DNA from: Chthonomonadales bacterium
GTDB lineage: Bacteria > Armatimonadota > Chthonomonadetes > Chthonomonadales > CAJBBX01
DNA length: 41,248 nucleotides
Assembly: GCA_049967475.1 (NCBI GenBank)
Contig: JBMFSQ010000030.1
Span: forward strand, 1 to 41,248
Direction of reading: 5' to 3'
Shown here: positions 20,355 through 29,756 of the stretch, piece by piece
Layout: each line of letters starts with the position of its first letter
How positions within the stretch are numbered: position 1 is the first letter of the stretch
Notes under the pieces: model-generated
What the model saw: only the letters and a program-made list of their open reading frames with translations
Database searches by the model: none
Told to the model about the DNA's origin: nothing
Translations under genes and position numbers: made by a program

Positions 20355-22031
20355 TCAATCCGGCAGCCGCAGCACGGCTCCTGACCCCGCACTCGTAACC
20401 ATCCGTGCGTAGCGGCCCAGCCACCCTTTGGTGATCTTGAGCGGCGGAGGCGTCCAGCGCTCCCGCCTCCTGCCCAATTCGGCGTCACTCACGAGCAACT
20501 CGATGCGCCGCTCCGGGATGTCTATACGGATGCGATCCCCCGGTTCCACGAGGGCAATCGGGCCGCCGTCGGCAGCTTCAGGGCTCACGTGCCCCACACA
20601 CAGACCTGCCGTCCCCCCGCTGAAGCGGCCGTCGGTAATCAGGGCTACGCTCTTCCCCAATCCCTGCCCTTTGATCATAGAGGTTGGCGAGAGCATCTCC
20701 GGCATGCCGGGGCCGCCCCTTGGGCCTTCGTAGCGGATCACCACCACGTCGCCTGGTTTCACCTCGCGCCTGCCCAGGGCAGCGAGGCACTCATCTTGCG
20801 AGTTGAAGATTACCGCAGGACCTTCAAATGTGAAGCACTCCGGATCTACGCCGGCGCTCTTCACGACGGATCCTTGGGGAGCGAGGTTGCCCCACAGCAC
20901 GGCCAGCCCTCCGTCGGGCGTGAAGGGCGCATCCACAGAGCGGATCACATCGCGATCCTTCACGGTGGCATGGGCAATATTCTGGCCCAGGGTATTACCC
21001 GTTACGGTCATGGCGTCCAGGTGCAGGATGCCGGGTTTGCGCGCAAGTTCTGCCAGGATCGCCGAGATGCCTCCTGCACGGTGCACGTCTTCCATATGGA
21101 CATCGCTTCGAGAAGGGGACACCTTGCAGATGCACGGTACCCGGGCGGAAAGCTGATTGATGCGCTCCAGCGAGAATTCGAGCCCGGCTTCGATGGCTAC
21201 GGCCACCGTATGCAGCACGGTATTGGTAGATCCGCCCATGGCCATATCCAAGGCAAACGCGTTTTCGATGGCATCCGGCGTTACGATGTCCCTCGGCCGA
21301 ATGTCGCGCTCGACCAGGGTGAGGACCTGCCGGGCCGCCGCCCTTGCGAGATCCCGGCGCTCCTCCGTGTCGGCCAAGGCGCTCCCGTTGCCTGGGAGCG
21401 CCATCCCCAACGCCTCCAGCAGGCAGTTCATGGAATTGGCAGTGAACATTCCCGAGCATGAGCCGCATCCTGGGCACGCCGTGTCTTCCAGAACCTTCAA
21501 TTCCTGTTCGGTAATGAGCCCAGCCTGAACTTGGCCCACGCCCTCGAAAATGCCGATGAGATCTACCTTCGTGCCGTCGGGCCGGGTCCCGGCGCGCATT
21601 GGCCCGCCGGTGATGAAGATGGTGGGCACGTTCAGGCGCACAGCAGCCATGAGCATGCCGGGCGTAATCTTGTCGCAATTCGGAATGCAAATGAGCCCAT
21701 CGAACCAGTGGGCCGACACGACGGTTTCCACAGCATCGGCGATGAGCTCCCGGCTGGGGAGGGAGTATCGCATCCCGATATGCCCCATGGCGATGCCGTC
21801 ATCTACGCCGATGGTGTTGAATTCGAAAGGCACGCCCCCCGCTTCTCGTACCGCTTGCTTCACTACCTCGGCGAAGCGGTTCAGGTGAATGTGCCCCGGT
21901 ACGATGTCGGTATACGAGTTGGCGACACCGATAAAGGGCTTGCCCATATCTTCATCGGTAAGGCCGCATGCCTTTAGAAGACCGCGGTGGGGTGCGCGCT
22001 CCAGCCCGCGCTTGATCATGTCCGATCGCAT
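20355..22031 (-). CDS. ilvD: Dihydroxy-acid dehydratase
   Basis: [47 protein letters not shown] and TDGRFSG motifs. Confidence 0.97.
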   Translation of the reverse strand: MRSDMIKRGLERAPHRGLLKACGLTDEDMGKPFIGVANSYTDIVPGHIHLNRFAEVVKQAVREAGGVPFEFNTIGVDDGIAMGHIGMRYSLPSRELIADAVETVVSAHWFDGLICIPNCDKITPGMLMAAVRLNVPTIFITGGPMRAGTRPDGTKVDLIGIFEGVGQVQAGLITEQELKVLEDTACPGCGSCSGMFTANSMNCLLEALGMALPGNGSALADTEERRDLARAAARQVLTLVERDIRPRDIVTPDAIENAFALDMAMGGSTNTVLHTVAVAIEAGLEFSLERINQLSARVPCICKVSPSRSDVHMEDVHRAGGISAILAELARKPGILHLDAMTVTGNTLGQNIAHATVKDRDVIRSVDAPFTPDGGLAVLWGNLAPQGSVVKSAGVDPECFTFEGPAVIFNSQDECLAALGRREVKPGDVVVIRYEGPRGGPGMPEMLSPTSMIKGQGLGKSVALITDGRFSGGTAGLCVGHVSPEAADGGPIALVEPGDRIRIDIPERRIELLVSDAELGRRRERWTPPPLKITKGWLGRYARMVTSAGSGAVLRLPD

Positions 22032-22133
22032 CTTCCGTCCCTCCTGGCGCCAAAGAGTGCCAGCTTAGGGTACCACACCTGCACCGGCCGAGCCAACGCC
22101 CGCGTCTCTTGAGAAACGCCAACTCCCCGACTA

Positions 22134-22162
22134 TTGACAACGGGCAGTTTAATAGATATACT
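22134..22162 (+). promoter_or_regulatory. Near-consensus sigma70 promoter TTGACA-N17-TATACT
   Basis: Perfect -35, 17-nt spacer and 5/6 -10, upstream of the receiver gene. Confidence 0.75.
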
Positions 22163-22255
22163 GCCCCAGAGACGCGTGAGGACGATTTCGCGGAGAATAC
22201 GCTCGGGGATATCCCCATCCCATGAGAGCGAGTGCGAAGGGAGAGAATACGGAGG

Positions 22256-22678
22256 ATGCCAAAGAAGATACTTGCCGTAGACGACGAACGCCATATCGTC
22301 CGCCTGGTCCAGGTGAACCTCGAACGCCAGGGGTACCAGGTCGTCACAGCCTTCGACGGCAAGGAAGCCCTGGAGAAAGTTCATTCTGAGCACCCGGACC
22401 TCATCGTCCTCGACGTGATGATGCCCTATATGGACGGCTTCGAGGTGCTTCAGAACCTTAAGAAGGATCCAAATACCCGGGACATCCCGGTAATCATGCT
22501 CACCGCCAAAGCCCAAGACGCCGACGTTTTTCGGGGATGGCAGTCTGGTGTGGACTGCTACCTCACGAAGCCCTTTAACCCGATGGAGCTTATCGCATTC
22601 GTCAAGCGCATCTTCAAGTCCCTAGAAGAGGAGGGGGAGGGCGAGAAGCGCTACGACCTAGGCGGAAGCGGTCGCTGA
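22256..22678 (+). CDS. Stand-alone response regulator receiver protein
   Basis: ILAVDD, LDVMMP (phospho-Asp), MLTA, TKPF; no output domain. Confidence 0.92.
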   Translation: MPKKILAVDDERHIVRLVQVNLERQGYQVVTAFDGKEALEKVHSEHPDLIVLDVMMPYMDGFEVLQNLKKDPNTRDIPVIMLTAKAQDADVFRGWQSGVDCYLTKPFNPMELIAFVKRIFKSLEEEGEGEKRYDLGGSGR

Positions 22679-22712
22679 CCCCCCGACGGGTCGCATTGAG
22701 GCAAGTCTAAGG

Positions 22713-22934
22713 ATGTGTGCTGCAACAGACCCCACCCGCAGGCTCGTATTTGCCCTGGGTGCTCTCGGCACAGCCGCCGGGATCGCCGTTACGTCGTATT
22801 ACGTGTACCGAAAAGCTCGCCGACGCGCCCAAGATCACAAGCCTGATGTAAGCGAACTTTTGGGCGAGTGCTACGCCAAAGTAAAGGAGATCCAGCGCAA
22901 CCTCGCCGACCTTCCGGGCCCGGCAACTGCGTGA
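22713..22934 (+). CDS. Small membrane-anchored hypothetical protein
   Basis: One TM helix (LVFALGALGTAAGIAVTSYYVY) followed by a basic patch and an amphipathic helix; lies between the receiver gene and the terminator. Confidence 0.6.
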   Translation: MCAATDPTRRLVFALGALGTAAGIAVTSYYVYRKARRRAQDHKPDVSELLGECYAKVKEIQRNLADLPGPATA

Positions 22935-22987
22935 CGCGTTCCTAAGGCGCCGCACCCGGGATCAGCCCAGCCCCTGCGACTTTCGCG

Positions 22988-23028
22988 AACTCCGCATGTT
23001 CCGCCGGAACGTGCGGAGTTTTTGTTTT
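22988..23028 (+). terminator. Rho-independent terminator
   Basis: AACTCCGCATGTTCC-gcc-GGAACGTGCGGAGTT stem followed by TTTGTTTT. Confidence 0.85.
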
Positions 23029-23209
23029 AGGGCGCGCCCAACCGCGAGGTTTGCCGTACTTTGTGGCGGTGGGGGGAAGCTGAGGAGCAACGTCCGATAA
23101 TATCTCTTATGTTGCATTCACGCCCCAGTCTCGGAGGAGGGGACCTCGTACTGGGGCGCAGCTCGGGAAGGCGAGCCCACGCTTCGGCATCACGCGGACG
23201 GAGAACGGC

Positions 23210-23746
23210 TCAGAACTTCTGTTCGATGGCCTCGATGACTGCTTCCGCCATGTAGATGGGAGCATGGCACCGCAGCGCGATGTTCACGGCATCGCTGGGT
23301 CTGCAGTCAATCTCGTAGGTGTCTCCATTGCGGCTGAGGGTGAGCTTCGCATAGAAGATGTCGTGCCAGAGGTCGTCAATGATCACGCGCTCTACGGTAG
23401 CCCCCAGGCGCTCTACGATGGTCTTGAGGAGCTCATACGTCATGGGGCGGTCGAGCTCTTCACCCTCCATAGCCATGGTAATGGCGTACGCCTCGAAGCG
23501 CCCAATAAAGATCGGCACTTTTCGGCCCAGGTTGTCTTGAAGCAGAACAAAAGTCTGGTTGACGCCGCCTGGCGAGGGGTCTGTGTGCTCGAAAACGCCG
23601 AGGACCTTGACCTCCTTCTCGTTGAGGGCCCGAGGCATTCGGTTCTCGGGCTCGCCGGAAAGCGCGTCCTCATCGTCGCCCAAGGGGTTGCCCCTTTCGT
23701 CGCGCGGTTCCCAATCGCCAAACAGGTCTTTGAATTCGTTTCCCAA
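23210..23746 (-). CDS. Bifunctional nuclease family (DUF151) protein
   Basis: VPIFIGRFEA.AI, RPMTYEL, FYAKL and IDCRPSDAVNIALR..APIY motifs; TTG start with GAGGAGG RBS. Confidence 0.92.
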   Translation of the reverse strand: MGNEFKDLFGDWEPRDERGNPLGDDEDALSGEPENRMPRALNEKEVKVLGVFEHTDPSPGGVNQTFVLLQDNLGRKVPIFIGRFEAYAITMAMEGEELDRPMTYELLKTIVERLGATVERVIIDDLWHDIFYAKLTLSRNGDTYEIDCRPSDAVNIALRCHAPIYMAEAVIEAIEQKF

Positions 23747-23815
23747 CCTGTGCCTCCTCGCGATGCAGCCGCGGCATTCCTTTCACAGTCTACCACGTGC
23801 ATCTCGCCTGCAGCA

Positions 23816-25114
23816 TCAAGAGGCGTCGTTGGACTTCATCGTGCGGTCCACCATCTTAAGGAACTCCTTATTAGACTTGGTGTGCTTCAGGCGGTCTATG
23901 AGCAACTCCGTAGCTTCCGGTACGGAGAGCCCCGATAAGAGGCGCCGGAGCTGAGTAATGCGCCGAAGCGTGTCCTCGTCATAAAGAAGTTCGTCGTGGC
24001 GGGTTCCTGATTTTACGATGTCAACAGCCGGGAAGATGCGCCGGTCCGCGAGGTTGCGGTCCAGATCCAGCTCCATGTTCCCGGTGCCTTTGAACTCCTC
24101 GAAGATATGATCGTCCATACGGCTGCCCGTGTCCACGAGCGCCGTAGCCAAAACGGTAAGGCTGCCCCCCTCTTCAATATTACGCGCCGCCCCGAAGAAA
24201 CGTTTCGGCCGGTGCAGTGCGGCAGGATCGAGGCCGCCGGAGAGCGTGCGCCCTGTAGGGGTTACGGTTACGTTGGAGGCCCGCGTGTATCGCGTGAGGC
24301 TGTCCATCAGAACGATTACATCCTTGCCGGACTCCACCAAGCGCTTGGCCTGCTCCAGCACCATCTCGGCGACGCGCATGTGGTTCTCGGGCTTCTCGTC
24401 GAAGGTGGAACTTATGACCTCCCCTTTCACGGACCTCCGAATATCCGTGACCTCTTCCGGCCGTTCGTCAATGAGTAGCACGATGAGCACCATCTCGGGA
24501 TGGTTGATGGCCACGGCATTGGCGATCGTTTTCAGAAGGGTCGTTTTCCCGGCCCGAGGCGGCGCGACGATTGTGCCCCTCTGCCCCTTTCCGATGGGTG
24601 CAATCAGGTCTATGAAGCGGCCCGAGATCTCTTCCGGCGTTGTTTCCAACACGATGCGCTCATTGGGATAAATGGGCGTCAGGTCGTCGAAGTTCGTGCG
24701 ATTGCGGGCGACTTCGGGTTCGAGGCCGTTCACACGCTCGACGCGGAGAAGCCCGAAAAATTTCTCGGAGTCCTTTGGCGGGCGCACCACACCGGACACG
24801 AGATCCCCGGTACGCAGTCCGAACCGCTTGATCTGGGTTTGAGACACGTAGATGTCTTCCGGGTTCGGCGAGAAATTGTTCCGCCTCAGGTATCCGAAGC
24901 CGTCGGGCAAGATCTCCAGGATGCCCTGGGCTGTCGTGACGCCGCCCCGATCGCCCCCTTCATAGGAACGCCGGCCTCCCTGGCCTCCTTCCTCCCTGCG
25001 GTAGGGATGGTCATTCCCGGAGCCATGGTGCCGCTCCTCTTCCATGGCCAAGGCATCGGCCTCCACTGGGGCGTAGTGGCGGCGCGCCTCCTTCTCTGAG
25101 CGTTGTTCCGTCAT
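23816..25114 (-). CDS. rho: Transcription termination factor Rho
   Basis: GILEILPDGFGYLR, DIYVSQTQI, PIGKGQR, PPRAGKT, LIDERPEEVTD and EEFKGTGNME motifs. Confidence 0.97.
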   Translation of the reverse strand: MTEQRSEKEARRHYAPVEADALAMEEERHHGSGNDHPYRREEGGQGGRRSYEGGDRGGVTTAQGILEILPDGFGYLRRNNFSPNPEDIYVSQTQIKRFGLRTGDLVSGVVRPPKDSEKFFGLLRVERVNGLEPEVARNRTNFDDLTPIYPNERIVLETTPEEISGRFIDLIAPIGKGQRGTIVAPPRAGKTTLLKTIANAVAINHPEMVLIVLLIDERPEEVTDIRRSVKGEVISSTFDEKPENHMRVAEMVLEQAKRLVESGKDVIVLMDSLTRYTRASNVTVTPTGRTLSGGLDPAALHRPKRFFGAARNIEEGGSLTVLATALVDTGSRMDDHIFEEFKGTGNMELDLDRNLADRRIFPAVDIVKSGTRHDELLYDEDTLRRITQLRRLLSGLSVPEATELLIDRLKHTKSNKEFLKMVDRTMKSNDAS

Positions 25115-25278
25115 ACAGTTTGTTCACCTCTTGCGGAATGGGTGTCCCTGGTCGCCTCCGAAGAACCCGCCAGGGATGTCGGGATGATCGCGGATGACCT
25201 GTATGGAATGAGATCCTCCATGCCGCGAAATTTGCGGCACCGGATCAGGGGAAAGTTGATCATTGCCGGCGCTCATGC

Positions 25279-25833
25279 TCACGATGCTGCATCGGAGCGA
25301 AGCACTCCCACATAGGGCAAATTGCGAAACCGGCCGGCGGCATCCAGACCGTATCCTACCACAAACCGATCATCAATCACGAAGCCGCGGTAGGCCACGG
25401 GAACCTGTATCTGCCTGCGCGAAGGCTTATCCAACAGCACGCAGCAGGCCACTGAAGCCGGCTGGCGCGCATGGAATACTTCCAGCAGGTACTTGAGGGT
25501 GAGCCCGGTGTCTATTATATCTTCGGCTACGAGCACATGTTTTCCTTGGATCGGATGGCCCAGGTCCTTGATCAAACGTACCTCTCCGGAGCTCCTCGTG
25601 GCGCTGCCGTAGGAGGACACGGCCACGAAATCGAGCTCCAGCGGCAGATCTATCGAGCGGATGAGATCGGCGAGGAACACAGCCGCTCCCGTGAGCACCC
25701 CAATCAGCACCAGGTCCTTCCCTGCGTAGTCCCTGGTAATCTGCCGGCCCATCTCTGCCACACGGCAGCGTATCGTGTGTTCATCCAGTATGATTTCATC
25801 CACAGACCCGCCGACCCACGACTGATGGCTCAT
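25279..25833 (-). CDS. hpt: Hypoxanthine phosphoribosyltransferase
   Basis: [23 protein letters not shown] and [12 protein letters not shown] motifs; ATG 25833 overlaps the guaA stop. Confidence 0.95.
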   Translation of the reverse strand: MSHQSWVGGSVDEIILDEHTIRCRVAEMGRQITRDYAGKDLVLIGVLTGAAVFLADLIRSIDLPLELDFVAVSSYGSATRSSGEVRLIKDLGHPIQGKHVLVAEDIIDTGLTLKYLLEVFHARQPASVACCVLLDKPSRRQIQVPVAYRGFVIDDRFVVGYGLDAAGRFRNLPYVGVLRSDAAS

Positions 25834-27377
25834 TCCCACTCTATGGTTGCCGGCGGTTTGGAACTGATGTCGTACAAAACGCGGTTCACCCCCGGCACTT
25901 CGTTCACGATGCGGCTGGCCACGCGTTCCAGCAGCTCGTAGGGCAACTGGGCGCTCTGCGCCGTCATGGCATCCTCGCTTGTAACCGCCCGCAGAACGAT
26001 GGGGTGGGCGTACGTGCGGTGATCCCCCATCACCCCGACGCTCCGCACTCCTGCGGCTAGCACTGCAAACGCCTGCCACACCTGGTTGTACCACCCCGCT
26101 GTGCGCAATTCCTCGAGGAAGATGGCATCAGCGGCCCTTAGGATGCCGAGTCGCTCGGGTGTGACTTCGCCGGTGATGCGGATGGCGAGCCCTGGCCCGG
26201 GAAACGGATGGCGGCCCACGATTACCTCCGGGAGCCCTAGTTGGCGCGCTACAGCCCGCACCTCATCCTTGAACAGATAACGAAGCGGCTCGATGATCTT
26301 CAGCCGCATGACGTCGGGGAGGCCGCCTACGTTGTGGTGCGTTTTAATGTTGGCTGCTGCCCCCACCCCGCTCTCGATCACGTCGGGATAGAGCGTACCT
26401 TGCGCGAGGAAGGATGCATCGGGCACATTATCGGCAGCTTCCTCAAAAACCCGTACAAACTCCTCTCCAATGATGCGCCTCTTTGCCTCGGGGTCCGTTA
26501 CTCCCCGCAGCCGATCCAAAAACCGATCAGACGCGTCTACAGCGATCAGTTTGATGCCCAATGCTGCGGCGAAGTCCTGCTCCACCTGCTTTGCCTCGCC
26601 TCCCCGCAGGAGCCCGTGGTCTACGAAGATGCAGGTGAGCTGATCCCCAATAGCCTTGTGCACCAAGGCCGCCACCGTGCACGAATCGACCCCTCCGGAC
26701 ACTCCACAGATCACCCCCGCGCTCCCTACCTGTTCGCGAATGGCGCGGATGGAGTTCTCGACAAAGGAGCCCGGGGTCCAGGATTGCGTGCACCCACAGA
26801 TTTCTACGACAAAGCGTCGAATAAGTTCCACACCGAAGGGCGTATGGGCCACTTCAGGGTGGAACTGCACGCCATACAGACGTCTGGCCGCATCCCGCAT
26901 CGCCGCAACGGGAGTGGTGGGCGTGACCGCCGTCACCGTGAAGCCCGGCGGCGGCTGAAGGACCGTGTCGCCATGGCTCATCCAGCATGTCAATCGGCTC
27001 CCCATCCCCTGGAACAGTTCGTCGGCGGCGATTACCTCGAGCTCAGCCCGGCCGTATTCGCGCTGGCTCGTGGCCACCACATGTCCTCCAAGCTGCTTCG
27101 CCATCAATTGATGCCCATAGCAGATGCCCAACACCGGCACACCGAGCTCATACACGCCGGGATCCGCCGCCGGCGCACCCTCTGAGTACACGCTGGCCGG
27201 TCCTCCGGAAAGGATGATGCCCTTTGGAGCCCTCTCACGCAGCGCAGAAGCAGGCGTGGTGTACGGAAGGATTTCGCAATACACGGAACTCTCTCGCACC
27301 CTACGAGCGATAAGCTGCGTGTACTGGGCTCCGAAATCGAGGACAATAATGAGTTCTTGGTCTGGCTGAACCTGCAT
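25830..27377 (-). CDS. guaA: GMP synthase (glutamine-hydrolysing)
   Basis: [34 protein letters not shown] and KPPATIEWE motifs. Confidence 0.98.
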   Translation of the reverse strand: MQVQPDQELIIVLDFGAQYTQLIARRVRESSVYCEILPYTTPASALRERAPKGIILSGGPASVYSEGAPAADPGVYELGVPVLGICYGHQLMAKQLGGHVVATSQREYGRAELEVIAADELFQGMGSRLTCWMSHGDTVLQPPPGFTVTAVTPTTPVAAMRDAARRLYGVQFHPEVAHTPFGVELIRRFVVEICGCTQSWTPGSFVENSIRAIREQVGSAGVICGVSGGVDSCTVAALVHKAIGDQLTCIFVDHGLLRGGEAKQVEQDFAAALGIKLIAVDASDRFLDRLRGVTDPEAKRRIIGEEFVRVFEEAADNVPDASFLAQGTLYPDVIESGVGAAANIKTHHNVGGLPDVMRLKIIEPLRYLFKDEVRAVARQLGLPEVIVGRHPFPGPGLAIRITGEVTPERLGILRAADAIFLEELRTAGWYNQVWQAFAVLAAGVRSVGVMGDHRTYAHPIVLRAVTSEDAMTAQSAQLPYELLERVASRIVNEVPGVNRVLYDISSKPPATIEWE

Positions 27378-27439
27378 GAATGAGCGCGCAGCAGACGAAT
27401 GGAGCAGACGGATACGGTGATGATTACAGGAGATGCGGG

Positions 27440-27534
27440 ATTATACCCTGTGCCACGGTGTACAATCAATCCGATCCGGCGGCCGGATCGAAGCAATTCG
27501 GTTTATTTTACTCTCTAGGCGACTGCCCTGTCAA
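27440..27534 (-). promoter_or_regulatory. Tandem sigma70-like promoters for guaA (TTGACA-N18-TAAAAT at 27534-27505; TTGATT-N18-TATAAT at 27469-27440) flanking an inverted repeat
   Basis: Hexamers read directly from the sequence; CGATCCGGC-G-GCCGGATCG at 27472-27490. Confidence 0.55.
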
Positions 27535-27590
27535 TCTGGGCTCTGCAACCGAGCAGATGCCCCCCTCCACCCAAGGCAAGTGCCCTGCAC

Positions 27591-28460
27591 CTACTCCAGC
27601 CCCTGCTCCGCTGCCTGCGCGAATGCGGATTGGAGCTCGGCGCGTTGTTCCGCGGTGAGGCTGGAATACGGTAGGCGGGACGCACCCATATCGAAGCCCT
27701 TGCATCGCACGAGTTCTTTGAGCGCAGGAATTCCGCCGTGTTTCTTCACAATGCCCCGAACCGCGTCCACTGGAGCCTGCAACGCCTGCTCGCCGCCCCA
27801 CAACCGCCGGAAAGCCGCGGGCCAAATGTTCGCCAACGCCGATATGAAACCGTGAGCGCCAATTCTGCGCCCTTCCGTAGCGAAGGAGTCCGATGCCGCC
27901 ATCACCGCGATGCGGTCTCCAAACTGCTCCACGAGGCGGGCCATATGGTCCGCACGGGCGCTGGAATCCTTGATGCCCGCCACGATGCCCTCTTCCACCA
28001 GCTTTTCCAGGCAATCCAGAGTAATAGCGTTCCCGGCATAGGCTGGGATGTTGTATGCGAAGACCGGCAATCCGCATGCTTCACGGACCGCCGCATAGTG
28101 CTGCAGGATGACTGCGTCACTGGCGGGATAATATATGGGGGGCGGCAGAAAGACGGCATCTGCCCCAGCGGCTTCGGCCGCTCTCGCCAGGATGCCGATC
28201 TCCCTGGGTGTGAGAGCCCAGATGCCTGCGATCACAGGAACGCGATGGCTGACTGCCGCGCAAACCTCATCGTAGAGGCGGGCCTTTTCTCCAAGGCTCA
28301 GATAGAGGAATTCCCCAGTCGTTCCACATGGGCAAACGCCGCGGACTCCGGATCCGATAAGGAATTCCGTGTGTTTGGCAACAACGGCGGGATCCAGACG
28401 TCCCACAGCATCGAAAGGAGTAAGCGTGGCAACGAAAAGCCCTGTATAGGGTTCAGGCAT
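27591..28460 (-). CDS. Dihydrodipicolinate synthase/N-acetylneuraminate lyase family aldolase
   Basis: TPF, GTTGE, YNIP and GIKDS (Schiff-base Lys) motifs; start at MPEPY with AGAGGA RBS. Confidence 0.9.
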   Translation of the reverse strand: MPEPYTGLFVATLTPFDAVGRLDPAVVAKHTEFLIGSGVRGVCPCGTTGEFLYLSLGEKARLYDEVCAAVSHRVPVIAGIWALTPREIGILARAAEAAGADAVFLPPPIYYPASDAVILQHYAAVREACGLPVFAYNIPAYAGNAITLDCLEKLVEEGIVAGIKDSSARADHMARLVEQFGDRIAVMAASDSFATEGRRIGAHGFISALANIWPAAFRRLWGGEQALQAPVDAVRGIVKKHGGIPALKELVRCKGFDMGASRLPYSSLTAEQRAELQSAFAQAAEQGLE

Positions 28461-28745
28461 AACCGTTCCTCTGGCGATTGCCGAAGCACGGCGTCTCGCG
28501 CGATCTTTCGCTCCATGAACGGCGACTGTGCAGATCGCCAATCAATTCCCCGCCGCCCTCAGAATTCCTGCATGGATGGCAAAGATCTTGCGTCCATTCG
28601 TGCGCCGAAACCGTGATCCCGAACCTCGCCTCGCGGCAACCGGCTTCCCTCAAATAGGAGCCGTGACATCCCGGACGAGGCAGGAACTTGCAGAAGAATA
28701 TCCGAATTAACCAATTACATGCTCGCCAATCAGGAGGATGCCGCT

Positions 28746-29573
28746 ATGATTGGACCGACGGCCTCATTGCCCGATCTTGCTTCTCCCTACCGCCTCTCCG
28801 ACGACGCGGTACAACGGTACCGGCGGGATGGGCACATCCTTTTGCGCGCCGTCTGCAGTCCGGAGGAAATCGCCGTATACGGGCCCATCATCAAAGAAGG
28901 CGCACGCCGGTACAACACAGAGGATCGTCCACTGGAACAGCGGGACACCTACGGCAAAGCCTTCCTCCAGATTATGAACCTTTGGGAACGCGATGCCGCG
29001 GTGAAGCAGTTCGTACTGGCCCAACGCTTCGCCCGCATCGCTGCAGATCTCATGGGGGTAGACCGCGTGCGCCTCTACCACGATCAGGCGCTGTTCAAGG
29101 AGCCTGGCGGAGGACCTACTCCATGGCACCAGGACCAGTACTATTGGCCCTTAGATACGGACCACACCATCACGATGTGGATGCCGCTGGTAGACGCATC
29201 GGAAGAGATGGGAACCATGACGTTTGCCTCCGGATCCCATAGAGAAGGTTACTTGGGGCCCCTGGAAATCTCCGATGCATCGGACGAATACTTCCGCACC
29301 TTTGTTCGTGAGCGCGGCTATCCTCTGGTGTCGTGCGGGCGAATGGCAGCCGGAGACGCTTCGTTTCACTCAGGCTGGACGCTCCATTGCGCGCCCGGCA
29401 ACCGCACAGAGCGCACGCGCGAAGCGATGACGATTATCTACTTCGCGGATGGAGCCCGCATCCTCCCACCGGATAACAAAAACCGGGTCATGGATCTTCA
29501 ACGCTGGCTGCCGGGTCAACGCCCAGGTGAGCTGGCGGGAAGCGTTCTCAACCCGATCGTCTTCGAGCGGTAA
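28746..29573 (+). CDS. Phytanoyl-CoA dioxygenase (PhyH) family Fe(II)/2-oxoglutarate dioxygenase
   Basis: K.PGGGPTPWHQD (HxD), GSH and FH...LH..P.N...R motifs; AGGAGG RBS before ATG 28746. Confidence 0.9.
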   Translation: MIGPTASLPDLASPYRLSDDAVQRYRRDGHILLRAVCSPEEIAVYGPIIKEGARRYNTEDRPLEQRDTYGKAFLQIMNLWERDAAVKQFVLAQRFARIAADLMGVDRVRLYHDQALFKEPGGGPTPWHQDQYYWPLDTDHTITMWMPLVDASEEMGTMTFASGSHREGYLGPLEISDASDEYFRTFVRERGYPLVSCGRMAAGDASFHSGWTLHCAPGNRTERTREAMTIIYFADGARILPPDNKNRVMDLQRWLPGQRPGELAGSVLNPIVFER

Positions 29574-29756
29574 ACCTTTGGGTCGTGCCCGCGGGGATCC
29601 GGGTTGGGGGTAACTACGCAGAAGGGTGCAGCCTAAATCAGCGAGCAGCGCGCGGCGAACGGCACAGAAGGGTGTGGACCCCTTGGGGTTGAACGGGCCG
29701 TTCCCCGCCTGGCCTCCCCCGTAGACTGAAGGGCGGGGAGCCAAGGTCCTGACGGA

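Noticed and set aside
25834..26094. N-terminal extension of hpt
   Set aside because: Lies inside guaA; the ATGA-coupled start at 25833 fits HPRT length
29574..29756. CAGAAGGGTG direct repeat and weak hairpins between PhyH and metH
   Set aside because: Only two short copies; not CRISPR-like or IS-like; at most terminator structure
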